Assembly (NCBI RefSeq): GCF_009914755.1
Contig: NC_060929.1
Origin: the human T2T-CHM13v2.0 reference genome, Homo sapiens
Direction: 5' to 3' (one strand)
Length of the DNA: 64,000 nucleotides
Part shown: positions 39,200-55,130 of the stretch, piece by piece
How positions within the stretch are numbered: the stretch's first letter is position 1
How the letters are laid out: every line of letters starts with the position of its first letter
Made by a program: the position numbers and the translations under genes
Notes under the pieces: generated by a model
Told to the model about the DNA's origin: nothing
Seen by the model: the letters and a program-made list of their open reading frames with translations, nothing else
Databases searched by the model: none

Positions 39200-39675
39200 T
39201 ATGATGGTAAATTTTATGTGTCAACTTGACTGGACCATGGGATGCCCAGATATTTGGTTAAACATTATTTCTGGGTGTGTCTGTGAGATTAGCATTTGGA
39301 TCAGTAGAATGAATAAAGCAGATTGTCCTTTCCAATATATGTGGGCCTCACCCAATGTGCTGAGGACCTGAATAGAACAAAAAGGGTGGAAGAAGGGAGA
39401 ATTCACTCTCTTTGCCTGACTTTTTGTGCTGGGACACTGGTATTCTGCCCTCAGACAGGGGCTCACATTATCCTTTTATGATCAGTGTTCCTGGTTCTCA
39501 GGCCTTTGGACTTGGACTGGAAGGTCATCACAGGTGTTTCTGAGTCTCCAGTTTGAGATGGCAGATTGTGGGACTTCTCAGCCTCCATAATTCAATAAGC
39601 CATTTCCTTATAATAAATCTTATATATATTTATATTTTATTGCTTCTGTTTCTCTGGAGAACTCTGCCTAATACA
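39200..39675 (+). mobile_element. MLT2 (D-like) ERVL solo LTR
   Basis: TGATGGTAAATTTTATGTGTCAACTTGACTGG...TTCTGTTTCTCTGGAGAAC..CTAATACA. Confidence 0.92.
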
Positions 39676-40509
39676 CACCAACTAAAAGTGATGCTTACTG
39701 GACTCTGTACTGGGTTCTCACACTTACTGTAGCAAGAAAAGAGTAGAGATTATGAGTAGCTTTGCTAGTAAGAGCCTACAATTCCACTTATATAAAGCCT
39801 ACTGTCAATTCAAGCTGAAGTACCATGCCATTGGTATGTGCTGCCACCACCAAGTTGGCTCTCACAGGGACTGGCACACAGCCATACACATCCCTGCAAT
39901 CATGACCTTTGATAGTGAGGTGAGGAGTCGGATAACCAGGCGACATCTCTGCTCCAGCCAGAGATGACTGGAGGCAATTCATGGTGAAGATGGATGAAGA
40001 TAAAAAATTCAGGTTTGGGGAGTTTGTGGGTGTTTTGCAGAATTCTGTTATCCTCTTTCTTGATTTATTGGGGGACAGTGTCATCTTAGCCACAACCGAC
40101 GTCTGTCTGAGCTGCTTGGGAGCCCATGATGATAAATTACTGAAAACACTGAAGCAATTATCCAGTTAATTTAGGTTGAGCACCTATATTATCTTCAACA
40201 CCACAAAAATGTTCTTCTTCTGGCAGGAGAGCTCCTCTATTAATATTATGGCTGCCTAATAAAAAATGTGATGTAAAGCAGAGGGCAGCTACGTCTACAT
40301 GTGCTTGCTGATGAGGAACAGTACACATAAATGGTGACAGGTAATGATTAACTTAAAGTGTCTAAATACATCTGAGCCCTGCTGAATAAAATGCTTAAAT
40401 CTAAGAATGGCTGTCAGTGCAGGAAAGGCGTGTGGAGTATTTCCAATGTCTCCTTTCTCTTACGGTAGCCTATGCTAGATGAAACTACGCGTTCAAGATT
40501 CCACTGCTG

Positions 40510-40706
40510 CAGCAGTGCTGTGACATGGTTGGGAGCACAGGCTTTGAAGTCAGGAGCCCAAGGCCAAGTCTCAGGTGTGCTGTGTCCTAGTTGTGCACGT
40601 TTTTTTGGGCACTGGGATTCTCGTAAGAATCAAGAGTAAGTGCGAGAATGTTAAGCGCTAAGCAAAGTGCTGGGCATGGAGTGAGTGCTCAGTAAATTAA
40701 AGCTGT
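40510..40706 (+). mobile_element. MIR
   Basis: GAGCACAGGCTTTGAAGTCAG...AAAGTGCTGGGCATG...GTGCTCAGTAAA. Confidence 0.7.
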
Positions 40707-40745
40707 TATCATCACCATCACCATCATCATCATCATCACGTCATC
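40707..40745. repeat. (CAT/CAC)n
   Basis: Read directly, at the MIR tail. Confidence 0.85.
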
Positions 40746-40959
40746 AATATGATCATGTTTACACCCGACAGCTGGGATAGGTGCATAAGAAATAATCTGG
40801 CTTCTAGTTTGAAAGAACTGTGAAATAGGATCCATATACAGATGCATCCTAGTTAACTATGGGAAAGTGGCTTTTTCCTTAAAAGTTTCAGAAAGAGTTC
40901 TTCAAAAAAGTTGGGCTTTGGTGGTTTAGTTGTGGAATGGTGGTGAGAGGGGAAAAGAC

Positions 40960-41366
<407 letters not shown>

Positions 41367-42379
41367 AAATGAACGAAGTTCATTTCCTGGGCTTCAGGGA
41401 AGATTGTCAGATAACATTTGAACAGCATCAGTCACATACAGGTTCAATAACAGCTGGTTCTAATATCCAATAGGGACTGGACAAGCTCATGTGAACTTTA
41501 GGGGAGCATTTTAATCTGCCTTTACAACATAAAACACCCAGCTAAAAGGTGGCTGGATCTAGTATTTCAGTTAACTTAACCAGCACAGCCAAATCATAGC
41601 TCAGTTGCTGGGTGCCATGGTGTCAAAAAACCCATAATGATATAACAGAGCTAAGAAAATCTTCTGAGACATAGACGTCACTCTGCCAATACAAGGTATC
41701 ATTATAGAGGTGAATTCCTAAAACAGGCCAGATCTGTGACTCCCCGGTGCCCCTGCCAGAATTGATCTCGAAATGGTGGATTACAACAGCCGTGGTACAT
41801 CCACAAGCTGCCTGGGAGTTTCTTGTCTTCTCATCACAGTCAAAATGGCTTACTGGCTTGGTTCCACCAGTCTTGCCTTCATTCCTACACCAGGAGTCAT
41901 GACTGCAGCATGCCTTCAGGATGACTGTTATCATGGGCTTTGGCTTCCACATCTCAGCTCCTAGCCAGTCCTCCCAGGGGCTTAGGAAGTCTGCTCCAGC
42001 TTGGCCAGCCTGCTTGGGGAAGGACTGAGGAAGAGGGCAGGAATGTGGAGGTGGCCTGCAGGGGCACCCCTATCTGAGGAAGTGTCTTGGGAGAGTGGCA
42101 GTTTCTGAGCAAATGGGGAAGGGCAGAACTGGCTGCCTTGAAGTTCTGAGGGGGACAAAGAGGTTGCTGTAGCATTTGTAAAGCCAAAACCTGGAATCAA
42201 CCAGAATGCTCATGAACAGGGGAATGGTTGACTAAATGGGGATGTATCTGTGCTATTGTAGAATTACCTGTTACAGAGGGAGTTAGAGCTCAGTCCTTAC
42301 ACTCAGAGGAATGTCTGTGCTACTAGGAAAACAAAGTCCAGAGCAGTATATGTAAAACCACCTCCATATGTGTACAAAT

Positions 42380-42475
42380 AATAATGGCTTCCATTTATTA
42401 TCTATTGTATGCCAGGGACTGTGCTAAGTGCATCTAACTAATGCGTTAACTAATTTGAATCTCACAACAACCTGA
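42380..42475 (-). mobile_element. MIR 3' fragment
   Basis: CCATTTATT...TATGCCAGGGACTGTGCTAAGTGC...AATCTCACAACAACC. Confidence 0.75.
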
Positions 42476-43617
42476 TCTATTTATTAGACATTTCCCTGGA
42501 GAACTGAAGACATTTAGTAGAAGAGGCAGACGGTAAAAATCTCTCCCTATACATACTCTCTTTCATTTGCTTTCAAGTGTATGTGAACTAGTTGAACTTG
42601 TTTGGCTGTGTCTATACCATTACTGGATTTAATTTGTGTTGCCTGACAGCTTTTCAAAGAAAACAGCTTCATTGAATCCTCAGGGCCCACACATAATACA
42701 CACTAAAAACCAAACAGAAATAAGGTCCTACTCACCACAGACTACCAAGAAGAGCCTTTTTCTCCAAAAGTACATTTTCAAGGCCTTAGGTGAAATATAC
42801 ACTGCTTAATAAAACCCATACTTGAGTGGAGGGTAAAGGCAGGAAAAAGACAGGCAGAACAAACAACTCATGTTCCAAGAGTTCAATTGCAAAATTTTAA
42901 AATTGTACCCATAGGTGGCTATGTTAAAATGTCCTTTTATGTAAAATAAATTGGTATAAATCCAAAATGGTTAGACAGTATCTGTTAATTATTATTCTTT
43001 ACAAAATATTAGAAGTACACAGGGAGCTTCAGGGCCATGTACAGGTTACGATTTCTCCCTTGAAGGGTTCTACTTGTTTATAGATGAATTCAGCACCCAA
43101 GAAAGAGGTCTGCCTGTGGATTTATCAAATACCATATTTCAATGGGGCATGGGAATGTGACAGTAATTTTGAACTTAGGTAAGTTTTATAGATTAATTTC
43201 AGTACAAAAGAGAAATAGTTTAAGTTACTCCTGATGATAGAAAAGCAACATTTTGTCTGTGTAAAACCTTCAGACTATACAAAAAAGAATGTACAACATG
43301 TTAGAACATAAAAATTACCCTTACTACTCTTGGAGATAATTTCTAATATTTTTGGTAGATTTCTATTCATCGGATAGTGCCTGTTAATTATTATTATTAT
43401 TTGTAAAGCATTGAAAGTGTACAGGGAGCTTCAGGGCCATGCACATGATATGATTACTTCCTTGAAAGGCTAGACTTCAAAGGCTTTAAGCAGCTACAGG
43501 ACAGTAAGTTTGAAGATCTACTTAAAGTGGATAAATTCCTAGAAAAAAGATTAAATGCCAAAACTGGTATAAATAAGGTATAATAAACTGGTATAAATAA
43601 GAAATATATATATATAT

Positions 43618-43904
43618 TGTTTTTGAGATGGAGTCTCACTCTGTCACCCAGGCTGGAGTGCAGTGGCGTGATCTTGGCTCAGTGCAGCCTCTGCCTCCTG
43701 GGTTCAAGTGATTCTCATGCCTCAGCCTCCTGAGTAGCTGGGACTACAGGCATGAGCCATGATGCCTGGCTAATTTTTGTATTTTAGTAGAGATGGAGTC
43801 TTGCCATGTTGGCCAGGCTGGTCACGAACTCCTGACCTCCGGTGAGCCACCTGCCTCGGCCTCCCAAAGTGCTGGGATTACAGGCGTGAGCCACCACGCT
43901 TGGC
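43618..43904 (-). mobile_element. AluSx-like
   Basis: Antisense dimer; TSD AGAAATATATA. Confidence 0.94.
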
Positions 43905-44277
43905 AGAAATATATAATTTGAATATATCAATGAATATTAAATAATTTGAAATGATAAACAAAGATCCTCCTTACTCATAGAACTCTAGACCCAGATGGTT
44001 TTATTAGAAAGTTCTACTAAATTTTCAAGGAATATTAATTCCTATGTTATACAGGTTGTTTTTGTAAAACAGAAAAAGGGCAAAATCTATACACATCATT
44101 TTATGTGTAATAAGCATGGCCTCATTCCAAAATTAGATGAGGATAATACAATGAAGAAAATAATAGCTCACTTTTTAATGTATAATGTTATACATAAAAA
44201 AATTATACATAATATATTAGCTAAACTAATTGTAGATTTAAAGAAATACCTTAAGATCAAATAGGGCTCATTTTGTA

Positions 44278-44505
44278 TTTTTTTTTTTGAGACAGATTCT
44301 CACTCTGTTGCCAAGGCTAGAGTACAGTGGCATGTGATCTCAGCTCACTGCAACCTCCACCTCCTGGGTTCAAATGATTCTCCTGCCTGAGCCTCCTGAG
44401 TGGTTGGGATTACAGGCATGCACCACCATGCCTGTGTAATTTTTGTATTTTTAGTAGACACAGGGTATCACCATGTTAGCCAGGCTGGTCTCGAACTCTT
44501 GACCT
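44278..44505 (-). mobile_element. AluS, 5'-truncated
   Basis: Right monomer plus linker, stops at CTTGACCT; flanked by TAGGGCTCATTTT / TAGGGTTTATTTT. Confidence 0.9.
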
Positions 44506-44874
44506 ATTAGGGTTTATTTTAGACATGCAAGGATGGTTCAATAGAGAAAATTCATTTATGTATGTTAGTGTATTAACAGACTAATGGAGAATAAAACTAT
44601 ATGATTGTATCAGTCAACCCCCAAAATATAAATTTGATATGGTTCTACACAAATTTATGATCAAAACTCTTAGGGAATTAGGAAAAGTAGGGAATTTCCT
44701 TAACTTGGTAAAAATGATTTCTACTAACAATTTATAGTAACTCTTATACTTAATGGAGAAATTTTAGACTCATTTTCTCTATGCTAAAGTTAAGACAAGG
44801 ATGCTTACTATTACCATTAGGGGTTTTGGTTAAAGCTAAGGGAAAGACAAAGAAATAAGAATGAGAGTTAGAAA

Positions 44875-45330
44875 GAGTAGTAAATTATATTGTTATTTCC
44901 AATTATCCCCTACCACCTTTCCTGCAAGAGTTTTGCACTTGCTTGCCCATTGCCTTGTGATTTCTAGAGCCTTCCTCTGAGAAGAGAACACTTTTTACCC
45001 TACGTCATTTTATTTAACCATGGGATTTGTTTTGGCCAATGAATATGAATGAGTTTGACAGTGTGCTAGTTGTGAGCAGAAGCTTTAAAAGTCATTGTGT
45101 AGATCTGCTGGTTTCTTTGCATTTTTCCTTTGCTATGAGAATACTGTGTTCCTGACCAGGGCTGCTTCTTCTGTTCAGATCCCAGAATAAGAAAATATAC
45201 AGAGGAAGCTGCAGCCAATATATATTCAACATGTTACATAAGTGAGAAACAGATGTTTGTGGTTATAAGTCACTGAGTTTTGGGAGCTATTTGTTATCAC
45301 AGCATAACTTAGTGAGAGCTGACTAATGCA
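44875..45330 (+). mobile_element. MLT1 (I/J-like) MaLR solo LTR
   Basis: CCATGGGATTTGTTTTGGCCAATG; TGAGCAGAAGCTTTAA; TTGTTATCACAGCATAAC...GCTGACTAATGCA. Confidence 0.82.
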
Positions 45331-47224
45331 GAAGGTAAGAGAGAAAACTTTCCTCATTTGCATATGATATGATCATTTATCCAGAAAAATCCAACAGATT
45401 TCAAAAACAAAGTGTTAGAACCAATAAGAGAACTGGATAAAATTGTTGGATACATCAATCCTTTTTTTTTTTTAGTGCTAGCAATAGCAAATCAGAAAAC
45501 ATAATAGATAATAACATATCATTCCCACAACTAAGAAGTCTATTAAATATATAGGAGCTAATTTTATTAATAAAATAATATAAAAGCTATCTACAGAAAA
45601 GATGATCTGAATAAGTGAAGAAAATTACTGAGCTTTTGGATGAGGCAATATTATACTGGAAAAAAATAACATTTAATCTGTAAATTTGATACAATCCCAT
45701 CAAAAATTCTACTTATATATTTTTGAGCAACATGATAAAACTTACTCTAAAATTTATGTGGTAGAATAAAAGTTTATAAACAGCTAAGTCAAGCTCAAAA
45801 AATATAAGTAGAGAATGGGCTAGTCCTACTAGACATGAAAACATATGACAAAGTCACAGTAACAAAAACAGTGCTACACTGGTGCAAACAAAACAAAACA
45901 CAAAAAAACCCAAATACCCTAGATAAACAGACCAATAAAATAGGACACAGAGCTCAGACACAAACACATATATATATATAGGTGGAAACTTAAGTATGAT
46001 AAAGAGAATATCATAAGTATCTAGCAGCTTACATTGGGAAAATTGACTCACTATACACAGAGTAAACTAGATCCTTACCTCACATAACACACGAATGTGG
46101 CCCCCACTTGAATTAAAGATCTAAAAGGAAAAGGTACAACTATACAGTTAATGGAGTATGATGTAGGAGAATATCTTAGTGACTGAGCTTAGGGCAGGGA
46201 AAACCTTTTTAACAAAAGTTTAAAAGGCATACTCATAAGGAAAAGTGTTGATGACTTTGAGCATCAACATTATGGCTTTCTGTTTGAAGAAGACATCATG
46301 AGCAAATTTATTACACAGATGTCAACATGGGAAAAGTATTAGAAATGTCTAAAACCCAAAAGGGCCAAATGAATAACACAAGTAACTGCTGCAAATCAAC
46401 AAGAGAAAGGCAGCAACTTCAGCAGAAAGATAGGCAAAGGATACCAACAGGCAATTTACAGGAGAGGAAGCTCAAATTACTACTAAACATATGAAAGAAA
46501 TGATGCCCAAATTCTGAGTTATCTGAGAAATGTAAATTAAAATAACAACAAGTTGTCTCATGTTTTACTTTTTAGACTGGCAGAAGTTAGAAAGATGGAT
46601 AAGGCCAAGTGTTGGTGGAGATGTTCCCACATACAGGAATTTTACCATTGCTGATGGAGTCACTGTGTCATTACTGCAGCCTTTTTGGAAAGCATCTGTC
46701 ACTACTTAGCCAATTAAGAAAATGCATATTCTATAACCCAGCAATTATACCTCTGGGTATGTATTTCAAAGAAAATATTGTATGGATCCTTCAGGGGATG
46801 TGCATGAGGATATTAATTACATGTTACTTGTAGCATTAGAGACTTGGAAGTAACCTATGAGTCCAATAACTGAGAGAGCAGATAGATAAAATGTTGAGGA
46901 CACACATTCTGGAGTACTAAGCAACATTTAGAAAGAATGAATTAGAGGTACACACAGCAACATATTGTGAATTGTGGATCTTCAAAACATAGTGCTTAAT
47001 GAGAAAAGTAAGATCAATGAGATGTATGATAGTTTCACATAATTACAAAATATTGTATAAAACAATAATTATTTTGCAATATACATATACAAAAAAGCAC
47101 ATGTTAACACATTAGAGTGGTTGACGCAGGTGGAAATGGAGCCCAAAGAAGCACAGAAAAAAATTATTCTTAAGCCCATACCCAGAGATAATAACTATCG
47201 ACATTTTGTATCATCTCATAGGTC

Positions 47225-47470
47225 ATAATAACAATGGCCATGGTTTACAGATCACCTACTGTGGGGCAGGAACTATGCTAAATGCTTAATATACTTTATC
47301 CATTTAATCCTCCTAGCAACCTCAGGAAGCCAATTCCATTATTATTTTCTTTAAAGAAGAAAGTGAGACTGAGAAAGATTAAACAATCTGTCCAAGTTCA
47401 TCTAGCCAGGAAGAGAATGGATTTGAATCCCTGTCAATCTGACACTAATATCTATGCACTTAATCATTGC
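47225..47470 (-). mobile_element. MIR
   Basis: CATTTAATCCTC..AGCAACC...AAGAAAGTGAGACTGAGAAAGATTAA...ATTTGAATCC. Confidence 0.82.
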
Positions 47471-47799
47471 CCAGGTTTGCTTGCATCCAGACTTTTAGCA
47501 ACGTGACACCACAAGCTCACATTTCCTGTTACGAGAATGAGATCGCACCACACTACTGCTTCATAACATGCTGCTTTAAAAATTTAACATTTAACCATAT
47601 AATGAATCTCCACCTTAGTAAACATTATCCTCAATCTCATTTTAAAAGGTAGCATAGTATTTCACTGTCTAAATGAATGATGGAGGAATATAATAGAATA
47701 ATGGGGGATGATTCTATCTCCAAAAGCTAAACATTTAACAGGCACTAAAAGAAAGACTCCACCTATGTCAGACATGTGTTGATCGAAGAGGGGTTCTTT

Positions 47800-47803
47800 T
47801 GTG

Positions 47804-47850
<47 letters not shown>
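47800..47850. repeat. (TG)n, one interruption
   Basis: Read directly. Confidence 0.97.
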
Positions 47851-47851
<1 letters not shown>

Positions 47852-48319
47852 GGGGGTGGATTTCTTCTTCTTTTTGTAAAACCCCGAAGACCTGCTAGAC
47901 AAATTCAAAAAGAGCAGTAACGCTGAGGAGAATTCTTGATAACTATTAAGTAGTGAGGAAAACAAGAGCTACTGGATAATCTTTCAACTTAATTGGACCC
48001 TGGAAATATGTGGAGGATGCATTTTGATGATTTGTTACACTGAAAACAGTGCCACCAGATAATGTAACCAATACAAACACAATTATATTTATTTAAGGCA
48101 GTGGTTATCTTTTAAAATATAGACTTTTGGATGTTGTTGAAAGATGCTGAAGGAAGATGATAAATTTCACTAGTGGATTAGTCTTAGCTGTCTAAACCAG
48201 TGATTTTCTCAATGAACTTTCTGGGCATGCCTCACAGAGCTAATTCTTTAGATAACAGCGTCAAAGGATTCAAGCTCACGAGAAGGGAAATGTTGTGTCA
48301 GTTTCTGCTGGTTAGTCTC

Positions 48320-48530
48320 AGTAATAATGATAGCACATGGCATGGGAACAGAGCTTTACACTTCTTAAACTCAAATAGCCACTGGCATATTTGATTGCCC
48401 TGTTAGCCAAATGAGCTATATTGGGTAAGTGACATTATCACCTCCCTGAAGATGAGGAAAAGATTTAGGAGATTTCGCCAATTCCACAGTAGTATCTTTT
48501 TGGGAATTCCAAGTTCAGTGCTCTTCCTCC
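48320..48530 (-). mobile_element. MIR (old, MIRc/MIR3-like)
   Basis: AATAATGATAGC...GCTTTACA...AGATGAGGAAA. Confidence 0.5.
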
Positions 48531-50161
48531 TACTTCATACTTTCTCTGAACCTGGAGGAAAACATCATTATTTATTCTGAATTGTACAAAATTATTAATT
48601 TTTAATGATATAGAGAGAGTACAGCCACAGTAAATATCAAAACTAATTTTTGTGCATGTCCGGATGAGCTTGTTTTGTTGCACACATGCAGATGTGCAAA
48701 CTAGCATTTTAACCAGCAGAATAACTTGCTTTTATTTCTACACTGGGAATTTTGTTTAGAGTGGAGTGAGGTGGGAGAGGGGAGATTATCCATGTTGTTT
48801 TGAAGTACACAGGATGGAGTTTATCCAGAGGCCAAGTTTTACAGGTATTGTCTTTTGGTCTCCCTGTGGGTTAGACAAAGGCCATTCACTGTGATGTCAT
48901 GTAATAAAACAAAACCAACAACAACGCAGATTTCCTTCAGATCACAATCTGCTCCAAGGAACAGCTCTATAGAAGCCCTTAAAATGAACTGTTTAAATGA
49001 TAGCCCATTTAAAACACATTTGCTGAGGGCCCACTCAATTATTAGCTTGCTGTTTTGCTAAAGTAGTAGAAATATTTGAAATGCTGTCTGGTAAACAGAA
49101 GAATGCAGCTGGCATTCCATTAAAATGAGAGGTGAAAAGTGTCCTCAGGAAAGAGTGGGGAGATAGATCACAGTGTTTAGGGATAGAGGAATAGGGAAAG
49201 CAATTTGAATTAGACCTTCAAGGACAGGAAATAGGTTAATAGAGATGATGGGAGGCCGCAGGATGGGACAGTCCAAGAGTTCAGAGGTGAGGCAACTGAT
49301 GGCATTTTCAGCACATCCTTGTTGAGTGGGTATGGCTGTGAGAATAGGGTTCTTGGAGTGTTTTACACCTTTTCTTATCCCCATTCTGCTCCCTCTGCTT
49401 GGTGAGCCTTGCTTACTCCCTCTCCCTTTTTGCTCTCCTGGAAAATTCCTACTCATCCTCAAGAGTCAACACAAATATTTCCAACTTTGTATGCCCTTTT
49501 ACTGACTCTCCCAAATGTGACTCATCCCTGTTACTGTATCCAGTACCCTTTAAATAGCTTTTCAACTTTTCTACCTAAAGGTTTACACATCTTTTGTAGG
49601 ATGTTTTTCTCATTACCTTATATCTTTAGTTGCTACCATAGTGGTATCTTTTTTTTTTTAAATAAAAATTTTCTCACGCTTATGGATGAATAACTAGATT
49701 TGCAATGGACTTTTGTATATTAATATATCTAAAAATTACTAAATTATCTGAATTTTAATAATTTGTCTGAAAATGTTTTTGTGCTATGTAGATAATTTAG
49801 CAATTGCTAATGCTAGAGTTTTATGTTCTCTTTTTAAATGCTTATATATTTAATTTTTCCCTCTTCTTGTTATTCTGGCTAAGATTTTCAATGTATTATT
49901 CAATGGAAATAGTGATAGAGGGCTTCATGGTCTTAATCTTGATTTTAATAGGCATGCTTGCAATATTTCTCCACCAAATATGATGATGGTTCCAGGTTTT
50001 CTATAGATACCATTTATCCAGGTAAGAGGCTTATTTCCTACTCCTAGTAGCTAAGAAATTTTGTCAGGAATAGTTGTTGAATTTTATGGACTCCTTTTTC
50101 AAATATGTTGCAATGGTCATATGTATTTTTTCTACTATTCACTGGATGATGTGGTGAACTA

Positions 50162-50511
50162 TATATTAGTCAGTTCTCATGCTGTTATGAAGAAATACCC
50201 AAGACTGGGTAATTTATAAAGAAAGAAGGTTTAATTGATTCACAGTTCCACATGGCTGGGGAGGCCTCAGGAAACTTACAATCATGGCAGAAGGCACCTC
50301 TTCACAGGGCAACAGGAGAAAGAATGAATGCAAGCCAGGGAAATGCCAGACACTTATAAAACCATCAGATCTGGTGAAACTCACTCATTTTCAAGACAAT
50401 AGCATGGGGGAAACTGCCCCCATGATTCAATTACCTCCCTTGACACATGGGGATTATGGAAATTACAATTCAAGGTGAGATTTGGGTGGGACACAGAGCC
50501 AAACCATATCA
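50162..50511 (-). mobile_element. THE1C MaLR solo LTR
   Basis: GGCAGAAGGCACCTCTTCACAGGGC..CAGGAG, a THE1C-type segment; ends ACACAGAGCCAAACCATATCA; flanked by ACTA. Confidence 0.9.
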
Positions 50512-50684
50512 ACTACATTAACAGATTTTGTAAATTTGAATTAAACTTGCATTTTGGGAAAAAGCCCAAAACCCAAATTATGAGTCATATTTCTGTACAT
50601 TGCTTAATTTAGTTTGATAATATATTATTTAGGGTTTTTGCTTCTATTTTCATGAATGAGACTAGAAAATAATTTTTTCTTCTA

Positions 50685-50958
<274 letters not shown>

Positions 50959-52180
50959 ATTTATCTTGTTAATTTTCTCTATCAAGTTTTATAAGGCTGT
51001 AAAATGAACTGGAGAGTGTTATCCCCAACTTTTTTTTTCTATTTTTTTTGAATAAGTTTAAGGTTGAAATGATCTCTTCCTTGACTACTTGGTGGAACTC
51101 ACCTGTAAAACTGGATCCGATGTAATCTATAAGGAAGATTTTAAACCACTGATTTACTTTCATTAGTAATGATAGGATAAATTAAAATTTTCTATTTTTC
51201 TAAGATTGGTTGTGGCAATTTTCATAACAATTTTATCTACATTTTCAAGTTTGTTGACATAATGCTGTTTATAACATTCTCTTATCTTGTTTTATTTTTC
51301 ACATCTTAAAGCTTTACTGTATAATTTAAGTGCAATAAAATGTACCCACTTTAAGTGTAAAGTTCAATGAACTTTGGTAAATGTATTTGGTTATGAAAAC
51401 AACACTACAATATGCTTTAGAATACCTTTCTCACCTCAACAAATTTCTCATGCCCTGTTGTACTCAATTTCTGCTTCTAGACAACTAAATACCTGTTTCT
51501 GTTCCTACAATTTTACCTTTTCCATAACTTAATATAATTGAAATCGTGATATTTCATCTTTTATACCTAATTATTTCCATTAGAATGTTTTCATCCATGT
51601 TGGAAATATCAGTAGTTTGTTTTTCTTTATTGTGGAGTAGTATTCCATTGTATGGATATACCACATTTTGTTTATTCATTTTTCACTTGATAGACATTTA
51701 GATTGTTTCCACTTTTTGGCCATTACATGCAATGACTGCTATGAACATTGTGTACAAATATTTGTGTGAACATATGCTTTCATTTCTCTTGAGTAGATAC
51801 CAAGGAGTGAAATTTGTGTATTGTACAGAAAGCATGTCTTTAACTTTTTGAGAAACTACTAAATTTTGCTCCAAAGTGGCTGTACCATTTTGTGTTCCTA
51901 TCAGTGATATATGAGAGTTCTAGTTGTTCCATATCACTTTGTCAACACTTGCTATTATCAGATTTTAACAATGTTAAAGAATTTTAGCCATTTTAATATA
52001 TGCATAGGCATATCTCATTGTGGTTTTAATGACCAATGATATTGAATACTGTCTCCTGTACTTCTTTGTGTATCTTCTTTTGTGAAGGTTATGTTCAAAT
52101 CATTTGCTCATTATTTATGCATATGCCCATTTACGTTTTTACTGGATTGCTTTCTCGTTTTGAATTGTGAGTTCTTTACA

Positions 52181-53576
<1,396 letters not shown>

Positions 53577-53789
53577 CCTCTTATCTTTTTAATGTCTGCA
53601 CCATACATATGCTAATTATATTTTCTTTTTTATTTCTAGAATTATTTATTTGTGCTTTTTTTATTTTTACCTTGATCAATTTTGCCAATTATTATCCTAT
53701 TATAAATTTTATTAGTCCTTTTAAATAACAAATTTTTGGTTTTGTTAATCATTTCTAATGAATGTTTATTTAATTGACTTGTAGTCATA

Positions 53790-55130
<1,341 letters not shown>

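Larger units (their letters stand above)
43490..47130 (+). mobile_element. Old L1M (L1ME-like) ORF2 to 3' UTR, fragmented by two Alus and an MLT1
   Basis: ORF2 relics in order: GGATAAATTCCTAGAA (MDKFL), CCAGATGGTTTT (PDGF), ATGCAAGGATGGTTCAA (MQGWF), TTTGCATATGATATGATC (FADD region), AACTAGATCCTTACCTCACA, then a 3' UTR. Confidence 0.82.

Noticed and set aside
39788-40093. 101-aa ORF in unique sequence (and overlapping ORFs)
   Set aside because: Non-ATG start, no recognisable domain and no supporting splice structure; the length is within chance expectation.
41623-42200. Cluster of 60-109 aa ORFs in a GC-richer unique block
   Set aside because: No homology recognised, and ORFs overlap on both strands, as expected for stop-poor non-coding DNA.
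47878-47940. Protein-like peptide PEDLLDKFKKSSNAEENS after a pyrimidine tract
   Set aside because: No AG acceptor follows the tract, and it is too short to support a terminal exon or pseudogene.
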